A model generated the notes under the pieces. It did not search any database and was not told the origin of the DNA. It saw nothing but the letters and a program-made list of their open reading frames with translations. Positions 12,335 to 24,170 of a DNA stretch of 64,000 bases are shown piece by piece. The position numbers and the translations under genes were made by a program. Source of the DNA: Pelomyxa schiedti (taxonomy: Eukaryota > Protista > Evosea). The stretch is taken from positions 1 to 64,000 of the forward strand of contig JAHLWZ010000016.1 in the NCBI GenBank assembly GCA_020536535.1, read 5' to 3'. The number at the start of each line of letters is the position of its first letter. Position 1 is the first letter of the stretch.

Positions 12335-15300
12335 ATGTCGGATACCGAAGGCAGCCAGGCGACAACAGCAGAAGCAAACGCGGTGTCGCAAAGTGTTGTT
12401 GCTGATGCGTCGACAGTGCCACAGCAGAGATCTCATACCGCAGGTCAAGATCTGGCACAAGGCGATGTGAAAAACACGCACACTCCGAGAACGTCATCTT
12501 CGAGGTCGGCACACAAAAAATCTCGGTCTACAACCGACGCGCTCTTGAAATCGGCCGACAGTGTTTTGCACACGCAACCACAAATACTGCAGGAATACGC
12601 CCAGCGGCACCTAATGAGACAGCAACAAGCCCAGTTGCTAAAGGAAGAACACGACAAAATAGCACCCGGTGCCAAGCAGAACAGCAATGTTGAGGCTGAG
12701 CAAACCCCTTCTCCATCCCTCCCTGCTTCTTCAGACTTTGCACAGACAGACTCTTCACACTGCCATCACTCTCACAACCACGGCAGCGCCACAAGCAGCA
12801 GCAGTAGCAGCAGTACAAGTGGAGTTGGAAGTGGTGGTAGTGAAAAGAGCGGCGGTAGTACTGGCAGCTCAGGCAGTGCAGATGGCTACCGTGGGGGGGG
12901 TGGGCCTCGCTCTTCCCAGTACTTATCGGTTTCCTCTTGTCTTTTACCGCCACCGTCATCCCTGTCTTGTGCAAGAGCACACTCCAGTTCCCCTGACATG
13001 ATGGGTGCCCCAGGCACACTTGCCTTCACGGCTTCTCATTTGACTTCCTCTTCTACCTCTCCGATACTTTCATCTTTGGCAGGATCTATGCCTCCCCCCC
13101 CGGCATCACGTGCGCCAGTACCACCATCTCTGTCACTTACACCAAGACTTTCCGTAACCCCCACTATCCCACTCTCCATGTCACCCACATATTCTGCCTC
13201 AGGGTCATCAGGATCTGCACTCCCCGAACCAGTCCAATCCGCAAAATTCTCTCTCATTACCCAGGTATCTCAGAGACTCTGTCATTACCCAGGTCAATAT
13301 ATTTACTTTACAAAGATGCTCTTATCCCCGGGTATGGAGCTCACTACTGTAATTGGTCACTATGTACTTTGCAAAGAAAAAACTGCCTCACCACTTGCTT
13401 CCCTTATTCTAAAGGTTGCTTACCACTTCTGCTATCCTTTTTTTTGACTCGTATTAGTTTTACTCAGCACACAATATTTTGCAAAAACTTCTCTGCTGGG
13501 CTATAAACAGAGAAGTGCAGCAAGCAAGTAAACAAGTATACACACCAAGTTTGCATCTAATTTTGGCCATAGTGAATGCAGCAAATCTATTTCGGAGCTC
13601 TGGCATTGCCACCAGACTTCTTGCTTCCTTCTATAAGATTGAAGCACAAAGCTATCTGCAGTATTGTTTGCAACCAACGCTCTCTCAATTAGGCACTCTT
13701 CAAAACCTTGAGGTGCGTCAGAACATGTAGACTTCCCTTTCTCTCTGACTTGCAACAAATCTCCCCCTCAAAGATCGATCCTATCAAAGTGAGTGCAGCA
13801 CAACTCTCAACAAATGTAAGTAAGTTGGTTGAAATTCTTGAACACCTCACAGAGAGGATAGTCAATTCCGTCAATGAATGTCCCATGTAACTGTTTCTTT
13901 ACTTATCTCAGTTTTTTATGGTCACACAACCCAGGCAGTTTAGATGGATATTGAAATCAGCTTATCAAATTATGATGAAAAAATACCCGGAACAATCGAA
14001 GCCAATTGCCGTAGGAGGCTTTGTATTTCTCCGATTCTTTTGTCCAGCCCTTGTCTCCCCCGAATCCAACGGTCTCTTGACAGGTATCAGGTCACCACTG
14101 AGATACTTCTCTTAATTCCTTCAGACCCGCCTTCCCCTGACGCTCGCCGAAATTTAGTGTTAATCTCCAAAACTCTTCAATGGTTGGCATGTCAAACTAC
14201 TAGTGATAACAAAGAAGAATACATGACACTCTTGAGTGATTTTGTTGGCCAGGCAATGACCCCTGTTAGCCAGTTCTTTGACAAAATTACAGTATTACCT
14301 TGTTTTCCTGTGCAAAGGTGACTGTCTTTAGGATGTTATACCGTCGGATGGACCCTTGGAGTTATGTCCAGTACAGCCACTGTCATCTATCCTCTCAGAC
14401 ATATGTGACGTCATAAAGCAGAATTTGCAAGAAATAGTAGCCGGACTGCTAAAAGATTTCCCTCACATGGTAGTACTCATGGTGGTGTTACTACTCTAAA
14501 TCGTCCTAAGGGGATAGCAGACCAATTAAAAAGCATGTTTGAGGGGGAAACGACCTTAGCAAAAAATTTCTTTACTGACCGCTCTGAGGAAGAGAGTAAA
14601 CGATCTGTCCTTTCTGGTATTGACAAATTGGCAAAGGTGTAAGTACTGCACGGAGACAAGCTAACTAACACTCAAAATAGAGCTGGGAAAACAAGGCATC
14701 CCATGTCACAGAGCAAAATCGGATGCTCCAGGAAGAAAAAATTCTTTTAGAAAAATCTGTTGAGGATTTAAAGGCTGCTGTCAAAAGTAAGAATTTTCCT
14801 GTGCAGTGTAATAAGTATTAAAATGCCTCCATTTAGTGAGCAATCTTGAACTTAGTCAACTCAATGTTAAGCTTGATCTTGATGCGCAAACAAAAGTTGC
14901 CCTAAGAGAAGTAAATCGCATACGCAGTGACGATTTGCATTCATTTAAAGAGCAGCTAGCCCAAGAAAGGCAAAAAAGGTTTTCCAAACATTCGAAAATC
15001 CTATTCACACAACAAAGAGAGCATGCCAAGTCTCTCTTAAAGCAGCTTAAAAAGCAATTGGAGTGCTTGAAAGATCCTACTACTTTTGAGGATGAAGAAT
15101 GCAAACAATATTCCTCTCGTAATTCTTCCCCTGCCCTATCTGCAATAACCAACCTACTGGAAAATAAGAAATCACTACACTCATCGAAAGAGGGCTAGCA
15201 CTTTCAAGGGGTCTTGATGATTCAGGCCGCGCAGCTCTAACCACCTCTGACCAGACAGTAATTATACCTGGGAGAGCCGGTAGAGGCACAAACGTTTTCC

Positions 15301-15606
15301 TTTTATTTACCACAGACCATCTAGGTATATCAAACTTGAGGAGTTCCACAACAAGAATTGAGGAGTCTGAGGATCTCGACTTACCGTTGTCTCAAGTAAA
15401 ATTGAAACGTGTTTAATGTCTCCTAGAAAGTTACCTTTAAAGAATTCCACAAGTACTGGCGATTTGACATCTCTTGCCGACGATAGAAGGTAATTCCATC
15501 AAATAAACAAAACCCCAACCAACCCCAAAACAGACCAGTAGACGAGAAGAGAAAGGATAAAGCCTCCTGGTTACAAAGAAACCTGAGGCTGAAAAAACGG
15601 GACTGA
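12335..15606 (+). CDS. RasGAP-domain protein with low-complexity N-terminus and C-terminal coiled coil
   Basis: LFRSSGIATRLL, RIVNSVNECP, AVGGFVFLRFFCPALVSPE, ARRNLVLISKTLQWLA. Confidence 0.9.
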
Positions 15607-15722
15607 AGCTTGCCTCAGTACTCCTATATATGCTGTGAAAATCATCATGTTTATTTTGTTTACTAGTTGTCTGTTTAACAACAACACAAACAAACCATCT
15701 GAGGTGTGTGCATGCACTTGAC

Positions 15723-16721
15723 TTACAAGCGGGTATTTAAGCTTCCTGCATTTAAGGCTCCATAGAGAAGGCCTTGTTGGTTTGTGGTCTGGCTATTTAG
15801 CATTGAGGGGTGGAAATTTGGGGGGCTTATTGAATGGGGCATAGAGGGTGGTTGTGTTTGCCAAGTTGGTTGTTGTGGATTGGGCTGTGTGAGTGTTGAG
15901 GGGTAGTTGCTGTTGTTACTTTGAGGCCAATTTGGCCTTGCTGCAGGAACATGAGATTGAAGGAGGGCGTTATCCTGAAGGTTTTTTTGGTAGTTGGGGT
16001 CAACTATGGAGAATGCAACTTGGGTTCGTATGTCAGATGCTATTTTTAGTGCATATTCTGGTGGTAAGTCCAAATCCACGGCCGTTTGTGTGGCGAAGAT
16101 ATCTACGTTCTTATAATCACAGGGAAAAAGTATCGTCAATCAGATTGGAATAAGGTAACAATCCACTTCATTATGCAATTATCCTTAAAGTTAAGGGAAG
16201 GAACCTGTACCAACATTTTATTTGGGTCCGAGATTATGTGGTTCTTCAAGTTCCATTTGATGAGTTCTTTTGACCCATCTGGTAGAGAAAGCTGAAAAGT
16301 GAAACCTTAGAGAAATCGGAAACAAATGGACATACTGCAATCTCCAGAGGAGTGTCCTCAGGAAAACGGTCCAGCAATTTGGTGAATTCCCCCAACTGCT
16401 TGGTAATTGCTTGTGCTATTGGCTTCTCAAACAAATTCAAAGGAAGAGAGGCATCCAAACAAGTTCTGTGTGCAAACATTTCGGTGGTAACATTTTTCTC
16501 TTCACGACCGATACAAAACAAGGCAAAAAAAAATGATAATAATAAAAAAATTAGCAACAGAAATGGGGAGTCAGTGACTAACCGAGAATGGTCCAGAAGA
16601 AGGAGTCACAGAAGTGAGTGGGTCCAACAATGATATCAACACAAATGGGAACCAACATATCCCACTCTTTGCTCGCTCTGCTGCCAATCACGCCCCCACC
16701 TGGTGGCGCCCCTGGCATCAT
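15723..16721 (-). CDS. SNF5/SMARCB1/INI1-family chromatin remodelling subunit
   Basis: LVPICVDIIVGPTHFCDSFFW...TTEMFAHRTCLDASLP...IAQAITKQL (repeat 1) and VDIFATQTAVDLDLPPEYALKIASDIRTQV (repeat 2). Confidence 0.85.
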
Positions 16722-16791
16722 TTTCCGATTTGATGGAAAACTGTTCCCCCCGAGGTGATTTGGCGGTTCGCAATTTATTCGACGAAACACA

Positions 16792-19383
16792 ATGTCATTG
16801 ACATCGACCGAGAGCGGGGAACCAACCGAGGTGGCGTTCAGGCCTGGCTCCAAGGTGTTTTCACTCAATCCCAAGTACAAAGATGGGACCAGATTGAGGG
16901 TATCGCCGCTGGACCAAGGCGACGGCAACTTTAACGGTGTTTGGCTGCCAAACGATGTCAAGTAGAACCCCGGCTCTGTTGTCAAATTATTACTAGATTT
17001 GTAGAGTTGACAAAAGAAATATATTATTTGTAAGATTACATACGTCCAGTAGACGATGACGAGCCAGGCTGATCTCCTCCTTTTTTTTTTTCTTTTTCCT
17101 CACAGAGTTTTGGTGCTGGAGGTAGAAAACGACTTTGTTCTGATTCAAAAGGACTCAGGGGAGAAAGGATGGATAAGATCTCGTAATCTGACGCACACTG
17201 GAAGAGTCTCTGGAGTAACAAAAGGAGTTCCTACAAATGAAGTCGTTACACCAGACCCAGAGTGCGTCTTCCTTGCTTGACGTTTTTAACGGCTTTCTGC
17301 AAGCTCTTACATAAAAAACCTAGATATGTGAAGGGAGTAAAGCTTTATAACATCGGAATCAAAGAAGATCCTGTAGCTGGTCAAAAGATGGGAAAAGGCG
17401 TCCAACATCTCATATCCTCTCAATGGATAAGTGCCATGAGTGAGTTTGTAGCGGCACATTTCAAGCAGCTACAAGCTTTCGTGGCCCATGCAAAACGGGC
17501 AACTGCCCTCTACCCAGGGTATGACTACCTGTATTTTACAAACACTGCAAATCAACTGTTCCATCGCGCTGATGCTGGTGGCCTGTGCTCTTCTGAATCA
17601 CTGGAGGATTTTTTAGCCGCCACATGGCTGGTCATGGCTGCGGCAGAGGTCGATGATTTTCCGTATAGCCGATACACACGTGAACAGCGTGCCGTTCAGC
17701 GTGAAGAATTTTATGCCTCATACTTATCTCCCAGAAATGGACCTGGCGTTTGCGTTATTGAGCGGGATGATGCTTGTACTTTGGGAAAATTTGCCATTCC
17801 ACTTGCCAGGCGTGACCTTCTCCCTCCTGTAGCAATGGAGCGCTTGGGCATAAATAACGAACTCAGTTCATTGAAGTATTCCGATCCCGAGGAACCCATG
17901 CGTGTTGGCTTCAAACTATCTGCCAGAATAGATTCTCTCAAGAGGCATTTTGAAGCTGTCCACAGGTATCTCTCCAGATAACCGTGCCTGTGTAATTTTC
18001 CACCAGACGAATGACTGATGAAGATCACATAACCCATCTTCTGTGGAATTTCCATGCTATTTACCATGTCCGTGTAGTATTCCCAGAAAAAAATGATCTG
18101 GTAAATTACACTGCCCTTGAAAAGGGACGCACAGGAGCACTTCACCGAGCGGCATACAATCCAACGACATCTCTGGATGCAATAAACTCCGGAAAAGTTC
18201 CTGCATCATCAGTACTGAAACTGGATTGGAACGAAGGCACCATTCCCCCCGCTCCCAGTGTCCGCTCTGCAATAGTTTCTTTTGTGCAAGCTGGAGATGG
18301 TGCCCAATTAAAGTGGTACCCACACCTTGCTGGTGGGGCTGCTTTACGAACCGCCTTAGCTGAGTACTGTGGAGTTATTGCTGAAAACATTATTGTTACC
18401 AATGGGTCTGACGATGCCCTCATTCTGCTGTGTTATTCTTATCTCGGTATAAACGCTTATCTATTTCACTTTCTCTAAGTCCTCACAGGATATGGGCAGA
18501 CAGCTTTGGCCCCAATTCCTACATATGAACACTTTTGCGTTAATGCCGTCAATAGCGGAGCCTCTTTAATCCGCGCTAATATCGGAGAGAATCCATTTGC
18601 AGCTAATCCGGAGGTACTGTGTAAAGCTATTGAGGAGCATCACCCCGTGGTTGTGTACTTGGTTTCTCCAAACAATCCGACCGGTGTCCACTGGACCCCC
18701 ACTGTTGTTAAAGGTCTGGCGACCAGATTCAGGTATGGCTTCGAAAATCCATACAAAGTACTAAGTCTTGCAGTCAGGTTGTTTTTATTGTAGATGAAGC
18801 ATACTACGAATTTGGTTCCATAGACCCTTCAACTGAAAAGCCATATACATGTGTGCAACTTGCTGCTAGCCTCACGAATGTAGTGGTAACCAGAACTTTC
18901 TCAAAGGCTTTCTGCCTTGCCTCTCTGCGATGCGGCTACCTTGTTGCTCACCCTAACGTGATTGAAACTCTGAGGGTCGGGTACAACCCAAAAAGTGTGA
19001 ACCAAATCGCACAAGTTGGCGCTCTGTGTGCTCTACGAGAATTCTCGTCCTACTACGCACCATATGTTGCTGCAACCAACAAAGCCAGAGAAGCCTTCCT
19101 TACATGTATGCGTTCAGTGGGAGTGGAGGCTTCCAATGGGGGAGGTGGAAACTTTGTGTGCATTCGCGTACCTGAAGGCACCAACACTCAAGACCTGTGC
19201 GCCAAATTGGAGCAGCAAGCTATCTTTGTTCGGGACATCAACGCCCGGTTCCCAGGATACATCAGAATCACCATTGGACTTGACATGAGCCGAGTTGAGG
19301 CTGCCATAATCGAGGCTCTTGGCCTCAAACCTACCACACCTCCCTCTATAACCACAACCACATCCAGCACAACACTCTTCTGA
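16792..19383 (+). CDS. Fusion protein: SH3b-like + 2x DUF5664-like (dATP/dGTP diphosphohydrolase-like) + histidinol-phosphate aminotransferase-like PLP domain
   Basis: In-frame GT-AG splicing (introns 16962-17105, 17262-17323, 17966-18006 and two more). HisC motifs LKLDWNE, TNGSDDAL, SPNNPTG, VDEAYYEF, RTFSKAFCLASLRCGY. DUF5664-like RRDLLPP...KY...SARIDSLKRHF...TDEDHITHLLWN. Confidence 0.85.
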
Positions 19384-19496
19384 GACAAAATCTCGTGAGA
19401 TCAAAGAATCGTTTGTTTTGAAAAGGAACTGTTTTTTTTCACCTTTCGCTTAAAAACCTCGAGGGAGTTAGTTCCCACGCCCCAGCACAAACCAAA

Positions 19497-21315
19497 ATGA
19501 CAGGGTTCCATCACCTTCACGACTATTTGGTGCTCCTTCAAGAACGCATTCCTGCCGCCGCTGTAACGGAGCCCGAGACGCCTGAGGCTCAGGATGAAAC
19601 CGCGGCGCAACAACAGCAACCGTGCAGCTGCGCGCAAGGGGAATACGCCAATTTGGGAGCTCTGATTAAGAAAGCGAAGGGAAACAGAGACCTGATGGAG
19701 GAATTGGAAGTGCTGAGGGAACTAGCAAAGGAGACAACAAGATTAAACCTTTTTGTTGGCAAACAGCTGGAACCAAGGCCCAGACCTTCGTCTTCATCAC
19801 CGGAAAATTTATGCTCATGTTTATGTGCTAGTTCAACTTGCTCAACCACTAGTACTCTGGGTACACCGACTTCGGCTTCAGAGGTGCCTGTGCCTGAGAG
19901 CACCAACTCTGAGAATTCTACGATACCTCCATTGCCGTCACTCACGAATGAGAATGCCATTACTGACTCTGCTGTGAAAAAGGCAAGGGCACTGGCTTCC
20001 ATGAGGGGACTGGCAATCGGCGATTCTCTTGGTTCTACATCCGAGTTTCAAGTGAGAACTGTATCCCCGTGTTTTGGAAATTGACCTCGAAAAGATTCCG
20101 TGGTTTGTAGGCAAGTTTACAGCCTTAAATTGGCCGGATGTAATGATAGGCACTGGTTCATGGACTTGCGGAGCTCCCACTGACGATACTGATATGGTTT
20201 GTCTCGAGGTATCTATCACAAAATTCACCTCTGAAGGCCATGGCCCTTCTGAGATCCTTTGGTGGAGTTGGAGACTGCACATTCAATGGCCCTGCAGCAG
20301 CCAAGAACTTCGTTACCTGGCTTTCTTCTGGTCCGGCGGATGTTGGGGCTACTACACGTTTTTCCTTGTCAAGTATCCTAATACCTCACTTTCTCCACCT
20401 TCTGACCGGGAATAGTATTAGAATCCACCAAGAATTTCGATAACTTTTCTTCTGGTGCTGCCAAGTATCATTCGGGAGGTCAGGCGAATGGAAGCCTAAT
20501 GAGGAATGGTGCCATCGCCGCAGGGATGGTAAGTTGCGGTTCCACTAGAGTGAAATATATGATATTGTTCTAGTATGCACGTTCAGAAGCTGAAATAGTG
20601 GAAGCTAGTGTTTTACATGGCATTATCACACATTATGGAGTTGAGGCCGTTCTCTGTTGTGTTATTCACTCCGTACTCATTCACCGAGCACTTAATTCCC
20701 GCCAAACGAGGCCTCCCACACTTGATGATATTAGGTGAGTTGACCTGGAAAATAAACCTCTCACTAACTCAACAGGGCTATACTTGCCGGTCCATGGACA
20801 GAATGGAAGAACTCAATAAGCAAGCACCCAGAAGGACTTGCTTGGTGTCATGCAATGGCTTCCACTCAGGCTGAAGTGGCCTTAATAAATTATTTAGCCG
20901 GCTTTGAGAATCTAGACCCATACCACGCTTACTACAAAGGTATCTTGCCTCACAGATAAAAATACATCAAGTGAACACAAATAATCAGGAATATCCGGGT
21001 ACTGTTCCCTCAGCCTAAAAATTGCTCTGTGGGCCTTGCATTGGAGTTTCAGTCACAGTCTCCCTTCATGCGGAATTCCCCACTGGCTACCACTGTGGCC
21101 CTTCCAACTGCACCACTTTGAGGTAGGTATTTCTCCACCACCCAAATACTAAAAAACTGCAGGTCATAAAATGGGTTGTGTTAATTGGTGCTGATGCAGA
21201 CACATATGGAGCAATTGCAGGCCCTCTTTTGGGTGCCTATCACCCAGAAACAATTCCCCAGTCCCTAATAGCACAATTGGAAGTGAACGAGGAACTACAA
21301 AAACTTTTTGCCTGA
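19497..21315 (+). CDS. ADP-ribosylglycohydrolase (ARH/DraG family)
   Basis: MRGLAIGDSLGSTSEF, PTDDTDM, DVGATT, ANGSLMR, IITH, GADADTYGAIAGPLLGAYH. Confidence 0.92.
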
Positions 21316-21378
21316 AAAAAGTTCAACCAAAATTTTGTTGAAGGACAAATTTTGTTTCTTTTTGTTTGGTCCGTAAAT

Positions 21379-22520
21379 TTAGATCCAATGCAGAGCAATA
21401 GGGCCAAAGTAGCAGAAGGCCAACAAATCCAGCAAGAGGAAGGTAATTGGGATCGTGAGCTTCAACCAGGTATAGGGAATATTGCGCACCCAGGTGGCGA
21501 GGACAAAGAAGTGGAGGTAACCTAGTGGAAGGCTCGTAATTTGGGGGAAAAAAAAGGACTGACATACCAAACAGGAATATGTTGAGAGCTGGCATGTTGC
21601 CGATGTTCCACCTTTGTGAAATGTCAATATAAAATCACGGTCAGTAACTCAAAATACCATTCAAAGTCCCAAGTAAGAGCTTCAAATGGGTGCAAAAGGA
21701 GTAGTTCGACCGCAGTTGCAAAACCAGCCAAGATGCAACAGATAATAAGGTCGACGGGGATGAGCAGGAACTTGGCATGTGATTGTGTTGGCAGAAGCCA
21801 GCTGAGAATAAGGCCACTGATAGAGAATGTAAGAAGAATTTCAGCATTCCAACCAATCTAGGAAGGGTCAGAGAGAATTGAAAAAGAGTGCAATCCTACA
21901 AGAATTTGGAAAATTGTGTTGCCTGGTGTTGCAACCCAGCAAGCACTGTAGTTGCTGAAGTGGTAAAGGAGAGCGTTGACGATCTCATTGAAGAAATCGG
22001 TGGCTAAAACAAGGACAGTGAGCCACAGCAAAATCAAGACAGCAACCTACCCAAGAACATAATAGACGCAGCGATAGCAGACCAATCGCGGCGAGCTATG
22101 GCCTGCGCGTGGAAAGCCACAGAAGCGGTAAGCATGAACACGTAGGAGTACTGGAAGTAAGGTTAGAGTAACCAAACGAAGGTGCGAACGGCCAACGTAC
22201 ATTAAACTTAGAAGGCTTGACAACCCTCAAAGCTTCAATAGCCGCAGCAGCTCTCTTCGTAGGAGTTCGCACTGCGATTTTAGGTAAATAAATAAAAAAA
22301 AAAGGGCGAGAGAGCGCGGCCCACCATTAGTGCCCTCCTGTCTAATGTTTTCAACGAGAAGAACTGTGAACGCGGCGTACACGGCCACAAAGGCAACCCA
22401 CACAGTGTAGTACCACACAACACCCCATCTAATTCCGCCGTGCGAGATCTTCTTCTCTGTTCTCTCTGCTTTCTCCCCTTTCTGTGGGGTCTTTGGAGAT
22501 TGCGTAGCGGTCTTCTTCAT
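21379..22520 (-). CDS. Polytopic membrane protein resembling an uncharacterised prokaryotic family
   Basis: Spliced: FQYSYVF...RRDWSAIAASIMFLATDFFNEIVNALLYHF...ILIGWNAEILLTF...VELLL...ALTWDFEWWN...IFLFGYLHFFVLATWV. Confidence 0.7.
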
Positions 22521-22725
22521 CCCGTGTGTTTTGGTTCTTTATGACAATATTTAATTGCGGAAGTGATGGCTTTTGACTTTGACTGAAATTCCGTACGGAA
22601 ATGGAAGACAGGAAAACAAAGCAAGAACTGATCGAATCCGATTCGGGAAATTGGGTGGACACCTTTGCAGGGGTTTCATTGCCACCTGTCAATCACAAGG
22701 ATTCTCTTACAACCACATTTTGAAT

Positions 22726-24032
22726 CTAATTGTCATCGTTGTTGTGGGAGGTGGATGGGTTTTGTTGGTGGTTGGGCTGGATATCCACACAAACGCCAAC
22801 AGAGGCAGATGAACCACACGGGGGTGCAGGGAATGCCAGTTTGACTACGCCGTTTGTGACTGTGGGGTCGGTATCGCCGTGTGCGGTTGTTTGTGGTGAC
22901 GCGACGAGATCTGACACGGGCTTCAGCGAGAGGAGCACAACCGGTATTTTGTCTTTTGCTTTCCGCTTCACGCACGGTATCTGATGTTTGGCCTTCGTCG
23001 ATATCGATGGACATCCACTAAATGTGTCGAACAGCCTCAACCCAAATATAAAAAGCCCAGCCATCATCATGCTAATATGCCACATTGAGTGCCACACCCA
23101 ATACCCTGCAACAAAATATTAGTTCGGTAAGATAAGTCCCGCATTTCGAGCTCTCTCACATTTGTTATACATGTCACCCATTATCTTGCAAAATAGCCCA
23201 AAGAAGAATAGAGGCAAAGCCACCCATAGTGTCCAGTAAGATAGTCTTGGTTTTTCTTAAAGAACTACGAAGTCAGAATGAAATACTTTGGAAACCCAGG
23301 TGGCACAACAATCCACTTGCAAATATTTATAAGCATCATCAAGAAGGCAGTTCCTAGCACAAAGAGGACTGTAGAAAGTTTGGTTTTTCCATCAAATACA
23401 AGCACCTATGAACTGAGTAAAAAGAGAGAAACAGAATAAGACGCACTTGCACAATGAAAAGGAAAAGGATGTGTACAGCCGGCAAGGCCTCCTTCTTGAT
23501 CAAGTCCATTGGAAACCAAAAGCACACATATATATCTGATTGAGAGGTCACCGACACTAACTAGTAAGGTTCACTTAATACAGTAGTACGAAAAAGTGAA
23601 GTCACTGAAGGCTAATGCACCATAGCTGAACGGCCTGTAACACTTGGTCAAAATCAAGAATTTCCGGCCGAAATACCATTCTCCAAGATTGGCGTCGACA
23701 AAGTGATAGATTGCAGATGCCATCATAAGAAGAAAGCAACATGTACCCTCAAAGTAATAGCCCTTTCTCATTGCAGCACAAACTGTATCCAATAAACACG
23801 AAAAAAGGGGGTGGCAAGAAGTCTGCGTACTGGCTGGAATCATTGCAAAGTTTGACGCCACTAAAAGCCACTTCCCCCACAGTGAATCCGTGCCGATCTC
23901 TGCATACAGTGCAACCAAGGTAAGTTGTTACCATTTTAATCCACCACTAAGAGCAACAGGGAACCAACGGCCTCTCGTTCTCGACATGTATCCAACAAGT
24001 TTCAGACAAGACCTGGCAAACTCCTCCATCAT
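22726..24032 (-). CDS. TMEM8/DUF3522-like (CREST superfamily) 7-TM protein; start uncertain
   Basis: LLVASNFAMIPA, YYFEGTCCFLLMMASAIYHFVD, LAFSDF, YWVWHSMWHI. Confidence 0.75.
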
Positions 24033-24170
24033 TGGATTAGAGCCCGAATCCCAAAAAACCCCATCACCAAAAGTATTACCGGTGTCTTACCAACGCGATG
24101 CGGAATTGAAAAATGCCAATATCTCTCCGTAATGCTAGGTTCTCCCCTAAATTTGCGCGTGACGCAATCA

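Noticed and set aside
16722-16985. N-terminal extension of SNF5 suggested by ORF 16578..16985
   Set aside because: Starts at TTG; the region is better explained as exon 1 of the plus-strand SH3b fusion gene.
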